Source: an uncultured Bacilli bacterium (lineage in GTDB: Bacteria > Bacillota_I > Bacilli_A > RF39 > UBA660). Taken from it: DNA of 45,850 bases. Positions 35,323 through 42,698 of the stretch are shown in pieces. The translations under genes and the position numbers were made by a program. The stretch's first letter is position 1. Every line of letters starts with the position of its first letter. The notes under the pieces were generated by a model, which made no database searches, had not been told where the DNA came from, and saw nothing but the letters and a program-made list of their open reading frames with translations. The stretch spans positions 1 through 45,850 of the forward strand of contig CANQIV010000002.1 of NCBI GenBank assembly GCA_947624135.1, read 5' to 3'.

Positions 35323-36315
35323 CTATTTAAGTCTACTAAATCCTAGTTCAATTAACATTTTATCTAGTTCAGGAATACTCCTCAATCTATCATTTAGAGG
35401 CGCTAAATTATAGAACACTTTAAGTTTTGACTCATATTCAAAATTAGATACATCACTTTGACTTAATAAACTTTTATTTAATACTACTTTCTTACCCTTT
35501 AATGTAGTTAAACAATTAGGATTAAAAGTCATTAATTTTTGTAATTTTATTATAGATGGTTCGATTAAATAAAGTACATCATGACAAAATCCTAAAGCAG
35601 AATCACTATTATTTACATCTATTATTATTACATCTTTATTCTTATAATTGTTTATTGTAGATCCTACATTATTAGATGTTGTAGAAATCATATATTTATC
35701 TCTATAATATGAAAAGTCAGTTTTATCCACTTCAATTGCAACAACATCATAATTTTTACTTAATTCTTGTTTCATCATGTATGCTAAACTTGTCGCACCT
35801 GCTTGTTTAGTAACGTTTTTTATACCTATTATGGTTTTATCAAAAGAGTCACTTACAGGTTCTGGTTTAGATAGCATTGAAAATGAAAACGCAGGCTTTT
35901 TAGGTTGCTCAACTGGTTCTGGTTGCTCAACAACATTTATTTTATGAAATTGTGCGACATCTCTATAAGTATTTGGAGTATTATATAAATATTGAATACC
36001 ATCAGCATTCTTTGTAAAATTATAAATACCCATAGATACTAAATTAGATAAAAATGTTGGATTTTCTGTTGCTTCTGTTCCGTCTAAAAGTAATATTAAC
36101 TTTTCAGTATCAAGAGAAATTGATAATTTTTGCAAATTACTAATATCAGTATAGTTTTTTATTGCTGTTATGTCAAGTATCATTCTTTGATAAAAGAAAT
36201 TTTGAAATGTTGATATTATGGTATCTACATCAAATTCTCCTTCCATCTCTTTAATTATATCTACACCTAAATTATCTAATAAATATTTTTGTTTATTTGC
36301 TATTATAACATTCAT
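35323..36315 (-). CDS. TadZ/CpaE-like ParA/MinD-fold protein with a degenerate Walker A and an N-terminal receiver-like domain
   Basis: 330 aa. IIGIKNVTKQAGATSLAYMMKQEL aligns with the KGGxGxT(T/S)xA region, but KGG is replaced by KQA. A later IIIDV (Walker B-like) is present. It lies within a Tad gene context. Confidence 0.6.
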   Translation of the reverse strand: MNVIIANKQKYLLDNLGVDIIKEMEGEFDVDTIISTFQNFFYQRMILDITAIKNYTDISNLQKLSISLDTEKLILLLDGTEATENPTFLSNLVSMGIYNFTKNADGIQYLYNTPNTYRDVAQFHKINVVEQPEPVEQPKKPAFSFSMLSKPEPVSDSFDKTIIGIKNVTKQAGATSLAYMMKQELSKNYDVVAIEVDKTDFSYYRDKYMISTTSNNVGSTINNYKNKDVIIIDVNNSDSALGFCHDVLYLIEPSIIKLQKLMTFNPNCLTTLKGKKVVLNKSLLSQSDVSNFEYESKLKVFYNLAPLNDRLRSIPELDKMLIELGFSRLK

Positions 36316-36330
36316 AATCTATTTCCCCTT

Positions 36331-36759
36331 TTAATAACGATATTTTTTACCAAGTATTTTTGTTTCACCCTTAATAGGAATATTTAACATATCACCTATC
36401 AAAGGAATATCAAATTGCATATATGTTACTACTTTATAATATTCGCCATTATTTGTTTTAAATGGCCCATATATACAATATTTATAATTTGATTTATTAA
36501 GATTTGTCATACCATCCATCATTGGACAATTAAGACTTCTAACCGTAATATAGCCTGCTTTATGTAAATCCTCATTTATCATTGCTATTGAGTTTGGATT
36601 ATTATCATAACCATTGTTGTTTTCTACAACCTCAATAATTCTATCCTTTATTCTATATGCTTTTGAATAAGCTAAAACACCTACGAATAAAAGCATAACA
36701 ATAGAAATTATAAAAATCGCTATATTTAAAAGATATCCTCCACCAAGAGCAGCTTTCAT
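36331..36759 (-). CDS. TadE-like minor pilin / pseudopilin (paralogue A)
   Basis: 142 aa: short leader MKAALGGG followed by a hydrophobic helix. The C-terminus YCIYGPF...GEYYKVVTYMQFDIPLIGDMLNIPIKGET parallels the next gene. Confidence 0.6.
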   Translation of the reverse strand: MKAALGGGYLLNIAIFIISIVMLLFVGVLAYSKAYRIKDRIIEVVENNNGYDNNPNSIAMINEDLHKAGYITVRSLNCPMMDGMTNLNKSNYKYCIYGPFKTNNGEYYKVVTYMQFDIPLIGDMLNIPIKGETKILGKKYRY

Positions 36760-36771
36760 TATATCACACCC

Positions 36772-37236
36772 TTATCCAAATTTTTTTTCAAAATCATAAA
36801 ATCTAATTGTATTTGTATATATAGGTACATTTACTATATCTTTTATTATTGGTATATTTAATTGCGCATTTGTTTTAATTTTATAGTAATAGTATGGTTC
36901 ACCGTTAGCATCACTTGTATCACATAGATAAATACAATATCCTTCTGAACCCTTGTTTCCATCTTTATCTAATGAACATACAGACCCACTTTTTTCATTA
37001 ACACTTTTATCACATGTTATTTTATTTTTATTATAACCAATACTAGTAATTTTATTTTCTATCTCTTTTTTAGCTAATTCATTATAGCCTTCATGTCTTT
37101 CGATAGCATCGGTTATAATATTATTTGTTTTATTTTCTTTAAAATATATAAAGGTTCCAGTTATAAAGAAAAATATTATTACTATAAATACAATCATAAT
37201 ATTGAGTGTTACTGTATAACCAATACTTTCATTCAT
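36772..37236 (-). CDS. TadE-like minor pilin / pseudopilin (paralogue B)
   Basis: 154 aa: leader MNESIG followed by a hydrophobic helix. The C-terminus is YCIYLCD...GEPYYYYKIKTNAQLNIPIIKDIVNVPIYTNT. SD is AAGGAGG. Confidence 0.6.
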   Translation of the reverse strand: MNESIGYTVTLNIMIVFIVIIFFFITGTFIYFKENKTNNIITDAIERHEGYNELAKKEIENKITSIGYNKNKITCDKSVNEKSGSVCSLDKDGNKGSEGYCIYLCDTSDANGEPYYYYKIKTNAQLNIPIIKDIVNVPIYTNTIRFYDFEKKFG

Positions 37237-37262
37237 AGCAAACCTCCTTATTATCTATAACA

Positions 37263-37292
37263 ATTATAACAATTTGTAGGTCATTTTGTCAA
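37263..37292 (-). promoter_or_regulatory. Near-consensus sigma-A promoter for the pseudopilin/TadZ/pilin-like paralogue operon
   Basis: On the minus strand: TTGACA (37292..37287), an 18-nt spacer, then TGtTATAAT (-10 at 37268..37263). AAGGAGG follows. Confidence 0.6.
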
Positions 37293-37360
37293 TTAATTTT
37301 AGTATTTCAAACACATTATACATATTTTTTTACATTTAATTTATACTTTTATTATATTTA

Positions 37361-37388
37361 AACAAAAAAAGAGATTTATTATCTCTTT
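37361..37388 (-). terminator. Rho-independent terminator after the pilin gene
   Basis: On the minus strand: AAAGAGAT-AATAA-ATCTCTTT followed by TTTTGTTT. Confidence 0.75.
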
Positions 37389-37407
37389 ATAGGTTAATTA
37401 AATAATA

Positions 37408-37650
37408 TTATTTACACTCTGTACTAATCTGGTCTAGTCCTGTACAATTCTTCTTTTCACCATTGTCACCTATCTCACATGATGCATAACAATGACCATT
37501 ATTCCATACACCACCATTTGATGTACAACAAGAACTTTTTGAGGTATTACTCATCATATTTCTTACTATTACTGTACCTACCGCAAGTACTATAGCTATT
37601 AATACTATTGTTATTACTGTCATGTTTGCCTCTCCAGCTGCTTCTTTCAT
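37408..37650 (-). CDS. Small Cys-rich Flp/Tad-type pilin candidate
   Basis: 80 aa: MKEAAG / EANMTVITIVLIAIVLAVGTVIV, then a 45-residue tail with seven Cys (SSCCTSNGGVWNNGHCYASCEIGDNGEKKNCTGLDQISTEC). It lies immediately downstream of tadC. It has its own promoter, AAAGGAGGAG SD and terminator. Confidence 0.7.
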   Translation of the reverse strand: MKEAAGEANMTVITIVLIAIVLAVGTVIVRNMMSNTSKSSCCTSNGGVWNNGHCYASCEIGDNGEKKNCTGLDQISTECK

Positions 37651-37681
37651 TAATATCTCCTCCTTTATTTTTCCTAACTTG

Positions 37682-37711
37682 ATTATATAACATTTAAATT
37701 ATAAAAATCAA
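37682..37711 (-). promoter_or_regulatory. Sigma-A-like promoter for the pilin gene
   Basis: On the minus strand: TTGATT (37711..37706), an 18-nt spacer, then TATAAT (37687..37682). Confidence 0.5.
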
Positions 37712-37756
37712 TACTTTTATATTATTATTTACATCTTTTTTACACTATATACATAA

Positions 37757-38551
37757 TTATGCTACATTCATCATTAATGTCATTGATATAAATAGTACTA
37801 AAAGAACTCCACCGCCTGTTACAAATAACATCATAAGTGTTCTTTTTTCCATTGCTTCAAGACGATCTTTATATTTTTGTTCACGTGCTTTATTTTGAAG
37901 TTGTGAAACTGTTCTTGAAAACATCATTATTTGTTCATGTTTATCTTCATTTGATCCAAGTCCAACACGATATAAAAGTCTCATCATTCTCATTGAGTCT
38001 CTTACTGGATATTCATTAGCAAAGTCAACATATGGTTGTATAGTTGAATCACCTGCATCTATTTTAGCAGTTAATTCTCTAAGTCCAGATTGAAATATTT
38101 CTGGAGCTGTATCTATACTTTTTGAAATTGCTACTGGAACTGTATAGTGTTGAACTAATATTTCCAAACTCTTTAAATAATATGGAAGCATTGAATCCAT
38201 ATAATGTAATCTTGCTTTATAATAACTTTTTAAATTTGAATATCCACTTTTAAATATGATAAATCCTAAAATTATTACAAATAAGACGTACATATAACTA
38301 AATGAACCTGTAATTAGTAAGAAAAATATTCCAACTAATATAGTTATTACACCATTTCTTATTCTTGCTTCAAAAAGCTTATTTATGTCTAAATCTTGAT
38401 TTGGATATTTTACTCTAAGTAAAAATTCATAATCTTTTTCCATAAATTTTTTTAAAAATGGATTAACTCTTCTTATAAATGATTTTGCATCTAATATTTG
38501 GTTATAAACAAATATCAATATTACAGCAACTATTACTATTAAAAATTCCAT
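37757..38551 (-). CDS. tadC: Tad pilus platform protein TadC-like (T2SSF family)
   Basis: 264 aa. TM segments flank a cytoplasmic helical domain. It is the second of two consecutive T2SSF-like genes after the ATPase, with a 1-nt overlap with tadB. Confidence 0.75.
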   Translation of the reverse strand: MEFLIVIVAVILIFVYNQILDAKSFIRRVNPFLKKFMEKDYEFLLRVKYPNQDLDINKLFEARIRNGVITILVGIFFLLITGSFSYMYVLFVIILGFIIFKSGYSNLKSYYKARLHYMDSMLPYYLKSLEILVQHYTVPVAISKSIDTAPEIFQSGLRELTAKIDAGDSTIQPYVDFANEYPVRDSMRMMRLLYRVGLGSNEDKHEQIMMFSRTVSQLQNKAREQKYKDRLEAMEKRTLMMLFVTGGGVLLVLFISMTLMMNVA

Positions 38552-39450
38552 TATTCAGCCCCCACATTCTCATTATAAAATTTAGTACCTGCTATTAAAA
38601 AGGCAGAATTAATGATAACTATTATATGTAATAAAAGTTGACCATACCATAAAGTTAACATTTGGTGATAAGAATCTCCTAACATTATTTGAGCTAAACC
38701 TATCATTAGATACAAAACCAAACCGAATTGAACAAATTTTTTATAGAAAGCTGCTCTATCAATTCTATCTCTATAAACAGCCTCTACAAGCATATCTATG
38801 TCTAGTGACATGTTTTCAAGCGAATCACTAGCATCTTTAGAACCTTCATTAGTTATTTGAAGGAATAATTGATGCATATTTCTTACGATAAAATAATCGT
38901 ATTTTTCATTCATATAAGTTAGTGAATCATTTATTGTTCCGTTTTCATACGCCATATCTATCATTTGTTTTACATCTGATTTTACTGGATCTTCAAGTAC
39001 TCCTGATGAATATACACCTTCGAGTGCTTTTACGAAACTTTGTGTAGTAGCAAATTCCATTATAACGTTTGTAGTATATACTTGAATTTGTTCAAAAATA
39101 AATTCACTATAAATTCTTTTACATCTAAGGTAATTTATATATGGAACTACTGACGCTGCAGCAACTGCATATATAAGTGATATAATTAAGTTATAAAAGT
39201 ATAGATATGTTACAACTCCTCCACCAACAGCAAATAAAATGGTTTGTCCAATATATTGCGCCATTGTATAATCTTGCCCCATATCTTTAATTTTCTGACG
39301 TATTTCTTTATATGTATAAGGAGCAACTTTGCCATATACTTGCATGCTTTTTTTCTTTATAGAATTAGTTACATATTCGCCTAAACCACTCCTATAGATT
39401 ACTAAGAATACTATAAGAATTGCAACTATAATAAAAGCTATTTTATACAT
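38551..39450 (-). CDS. tadB: Tad pilus platform protein TadB-like (T2SSF family)
   Basis: 299 aa with an N-terminal TM, a helical cytoplasmic domain and C-terminal TM pairs. It lies directly downstream of the TadA-type ATPase. Confidence 0.75.
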   Translation of the reverse strand: MYKIAFIIVAILIVFLVIYRSGLGEYVTNSIKKKSMQVYGKVAPYTYKEIRQKIKDMGQDYTMAQYIGQTILFAVGGGVVTYLYFYNLIISLIYAVAAASVVPYINYLRCKRIYSEFIFEQIQVYTTNVIMEFATTQSFVKALEGVYSSGVLEDPVKSDVKQMIDMAYENGTINDSLTYMNEKYDYFIVRNMHQLFLQITNEGSKDASDSLENMSLDIDMLVEAVYRDRIDRAAFYKKFVQFGLVLYLMIGLAQIMLGDSYHQMLTLWYGQLLLHIIVIINSAFLIAGTKFYNENVGAE

Positions 39451-39452
39451 AT

Positions 39453-40688
39453 CTATACCTCCTCATCAAAAATTATTTCATTTCCTCCTACACTATTTAT
39501 AGGAACACTTTGTTGTTGTACCATTTGTTTAAATTGATCATTTACATTAACTTGAGGTGCTTGACTTGCTAAAATGTCTTCGTTACCTACTCTAGCATCA
39601 AAGCTTTCAGCACCCGTTTCAGAATTATATGCTTCATCATTTTTAATAAAGCCCTCTGGAAGTCTTACACCTTGTGCTTCTAAATAATCAATTAAATATT
39701 TACTAGGATTTTTCCTATATACATGTCCATCTGGAGTCTTTTTATAAATTACATTATATTTTGCTTCATTATCTTCTGTTACATAAAATTCAGTAATTTC
39801 TCCTATTTCCCTAACAAAACTATGTGTAACTTTACTCATAAAACCTCTTATATATACACCAATTTGAATATATCTATATATAGATTTTAAAAACTGTTCG
39901 ATATCTTGATTTGTTTCAAGTAAACTATACATACGATTAGGAATAGAAGATGCTTTATCAGCATGTATTGTAGATAAAATATAATGTCCTGAAGAAATTG
40001 AGTTTCTTACTGCCATAACTGCTTCAGCACTACGTACCTCTGATAATAATATCCATTTTGGATTTTGTCTCATACATGTTACAAGAACATCTGAATAACT
40101 TGCTATATTATTAGTTTTCATAGCAACTATATCTCTATTTGGATATATTTTATCTAAGTGAAGTTCTAGTGTATCTTCTATTGTTATTAACTTTTCATTT
40201 TCTATTGTATTTGAAGCCAAGAATTTAATAAATTCTGTCTTACCACTACCTGTCTCACCACAAGCAATTATGTTACAATGTCCATGAACACAAGTTATTA
40301 AGAAATTTAGCATTTCTTCAGTTATATATTTTTCATTTATTATTTTGTTTCTTTCAAGTCTTATCTTGGCTGGCGTTTTACGAATAACGCATGCAATACC
40401 ATTTCTAGCAATAGAGTCATGTATGAAATTCATACGAAGTTCAGAACTTTCACTATCCAAAAATGGATGTGCTGCATTAAAACTTTTTCCCATTACGTTA
40501 GAGCACTGGAAAGCAAGTTTTTCCATAAAACTATTATTAACTGCAGGGTTTTCAACCCTAAAAATCCCCTTTGACAAAGTTTTTAACCATAATTGACCAT
40601 TATTGCTATAAGAAATATCGGTAATATCATCATTGTCTAAATATTCTTTTAATGGACCAAAGTCCATTCCCTCAAAAACGTTATCCAT
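39453..40688 (-). CDS. tadA: TadA/CpaF-type secretion ATPase (T2SSE/VirB11 superfamily)
   Basis: Walker A GETGSGKT, Asp box ITIEDTLEL, Walker B ILLSEVR and His box ILSTIHA. Confidence 0.88.
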   Translation of the reverse strand: MDNVFEGMDFGPLKEYLDNDDITDISYSNNGQLWLKTLSKGIFRVENPAVNNSFMEKLAFQCSNVMGKSFNAAHPFLDSESSELRMNFIHDSIARNGIACVIRKTPAKIRLERNKIINEKYITEEMLNFLITCVHGHCNIIACGETGSGKTEFIKFLASNTIENEKLITIEDTLELHLDKIYPNRDIVAMKTNNIASYSDVLVTCMRQNPKWILLSEVRSAEAVMAVRNSISSGHYILSTIHADKASSIPNRMYSLLETNQDIEQFLKSIYRYIQIGVYIRGFMSKVTHSFVREIGEITEFYVTEDNEAKYNVIYKKTPDGHVYRKNPSKYLIDYLEAQGVRLPEGFIKNDEAYNSETGAESFDARVGNEDILASQAPQVNVNDQFKQMVQQQSVPINSVGGNEIIFDEEV

Positions 40689-41551
40689 TATTGATTTGGA
40701 GTAACTGTTTTATCATCAGTTGTAGTTGTATTATCTGTAGTATCTGTAGTATTATCGTCTATTTCTTCCTGAATAGCATCTTCCTCAATTGTAGTTGTTA
40801 GGGCGTCAATATAATCTCTTAAAGTTGCGCTTGTTACGATTATATAATTTTCTGTTGGAACAGTTGTTCCTCTTGGCGCTAAAATAAGTTCTACGTTATT
40901 TAAGTATTCTGTTTTCTTTAATAGTATATACATATCTTGTCTAGCAGCAAATCCTATTTTAGCTGGAGTTAATACCTCATCAGTATCTCCAAATACATCA
41001 TCACCATTACTATCGTGTACTGCAAGAACTTTAATGTTCTTCATAAGTTTACCAAATAGTATAGCTCCATTTTCATCTGTTGCTTTCATATATATATCTA
41101 CATATGAATCTGGAAGAACGTTATTTCCTAATGTACTTTCAACAGTAACGTCCATGTAATAACCATATTCACCATTTTTTACATCCAATTTTTCAATCCA
41201 ATTTCCTGGAACATCTTTTTCATCTACTAACCATTCACTATAAAATAAGCTTCCCTCTGGAATTGTTACATTTATATTTGTATATTTACCTATTATAGCA
41301 TTTGAAGCACGTAAAGCATTCTCACTTATCATACTACCTGGTATTTGTTTATAAACAACATCTTCTCCAGTTATTTCAGTTTTTGGATTAATCTTTTGTG
41401 CTGCAGTTGGCATATTAACTGGACTAGTTTCTCTTTTTATACTTGATGTATATCCCCAATATAACACAATCAATATTACTATTACAAGAATAACAGTAAC
41501 AACATTTTTATTAGTAAAGAATTTTTTTAAACCTATAACAAAATTATTCAT
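40688..41551 (-). CDS. cpaB: Flp pilus assembly protein CpaB/RcpC-like (SAF domain)
   Basis: N-terminal TM, then a SAF-like segment (ITGEDVVYKQIPGSMISENAL...IIGKYTNINVTIPEGSLF). An RcpC-like segment follows (LPDSYVDIYMKA...IKVLAVHD), then an acidic Thr/Asp-rich tail. Confidence 0.75.
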   Translation of the reverse strand: MNNFVIGLKKFFTNKNVVTVILVIVILIVLYWGYTSSIKRETSPVNMPTAAQKINPKTEITGEDVVYKQIPGSMISENALRASNAIIGKYTNINVTIPEGSLFYSEWLVDEKDVPGNWIEKLDVKNGEYGYYMDVTVESTLGNNVLPDSYVDIYMKATDENGAILFGKLMKNIKVLAVHDSNGDDVFGDTDEVLTPAKIGFAARQDMYILLKKTEYLNNVELILAPRGTTVPTENYIIVTSATLRDYIDALTTTIEEDAIQEEIDDNTTDTTDNTTTTDDKTVTPNQ

Positions 41552-41564
41552 TTTTTATCTCCTC

Positions 41565-41975
41565 TCAATATTCTGTTTCTAATATTGCATCTATATTATT
41601 TACAATATTAAAGTCTATTACTTCACCTGTAGAAGTATTTGATTTAGCGCTTGATACTCTCAAACTTACCTTAGGTGGAGTTTCTGTGATATCGTATATT
41701 TCTATTTTATATTCATTTGATAAATCTGCACTTTCAGCAAATCTACGAATAAAATTTTCAAGAAATTTTTGATCTTCTATTCTAACAGTTCCATCTTTTC
41801 TATAAGCTGCTAAATCTACTGCATCATACATAGATGCTTCAACAGCTTCTTTAAGTAAATTATAATTATGCTGATCAGTATTAGTAGAGGTTGATAAAAA
41901 CCATATAATTCCTATCGCAAGTACTCCTAATACTATGACTGCATACCCCCATATAGATTCTCTCAAAAATATCAC
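41565..41975 (-). CDS. TadE-like / pseudopilin-like protein
   Basis: The track start is GTG 41975. TTG at 41966, preceded by AGGTGG 9 nt upstream, would give MRESIWG/YAVIVLGVLAI, closely matching the MNESIG/Y leader at 36772-37236. Confidence 0.55.
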   Translation of the reverse strand: MIFLRESIWGYAVIVLGVLAIGIIWFLSTSTNTDQHNYNLLKEAVEASMYDAVDLAAYRKDGTVRIEDQKFLENFIRRFAESADLSNEYKIEIYDITETPPKVSLRVSSAKSNTSTGEVIDFNIVNNIDAILETEY

Positions 41976-42007
41976 CCACCTAACATATAGTGCCTACTAT
42001 TAATTTA

Positions 42008-42036
42008 ATTTTATCACATATTAAATTTTAAAACAA
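42008..42036 (-). promoter_or_regulatory. Possible internal promoter ahead of the TadE-like/cpaB/tadABC genes
   Basis: On the minus strand: TTGTTT, a 17-nt spacer, then TGaTAAAAT. AT-rich DNA makes chance matches likely. Confidence 0.35.
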
Positions 42037-42044
42037 CATTTTTT

Positions 42045-42698
42045 TTAAAATTTAAATCTTTCTTTCTTCCTTTTTATATATATTACCAATCCACAAGCTA
42101 TTATTATAAACGGTAATATTAAATAATAATATTTTACATAAAAACTAATTATATAATCAAATAAAGATCTAGTATCTGTTTCTTCTGTTTTCTCTGGTTT
42201 TGTATCCTCTTTGTTTGATGCATTAATATAATCCATAAATTCTTTATAAGTAATTTTCGATTTTACCCATTTTTTACAAACGTCATAATCATTATCTGCG
42301 CAAAGTGGATCACCATAAAATTCATTATATATAGGAAAGTTATAATATTTTGTACCATATAATATTCTTTCACATCCACTTATCGTAGAATAAAATTTAT
42401 AACTACCTGAGTTTGTCGTATATCCTCTTATAGTAATTTCTCCATTATTAGTATCTTGATAAGTATAAACATTACTTGTTACACTATCTTTAAATGACAT
42501 TTCCGGTGTTATATTAACTAAAGTAACATCAAACACAATACGATCATTTTCATATCGATAGTCGTATGTTATATTTACATTGGTTACTAGTGATTTTAAT
42601 CTAGATACTGTAGAATAATCACACCCTGCATAAGTAAGTGCGAATACTCCTTTTATAGAAATAAATAACATACATATCAAAAATAATATCTTTTTCAT
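42045..42698 (-). CDS. Secreted Cys-containing protein with a C-terminal TM anchor, unknown function
   Basis: 217 aa with signal peptide MKKILFLICMLFISIKGVFA. The mature N-terminus LTYAGCDY resembles the mature N-termini of P1 (LTCTY) and P2 (TYYCAY). C-terminal anchor is LILPFIIIACGLVIYI. Confidence 0.65.
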   Translation of the reverse strand: MKKILFLICMLFISIKGVFALTYAGCDYSTVSRLKSLVTNVNITYDYRYENDRIVFDVTLVNITPEMSFKDSVTSNVYTYQDTNNGEITIRGYTTNSGSYKFYSTISGCERILYGTKYYNFPIYNEFYGDPLCADNDYDVCKKWVKSKITYKEFMDYINASNKEDTKPEKTEETDTRSLFDYIISFYVKYYYLILPFIIIACGLVIYIKRKKERFKF

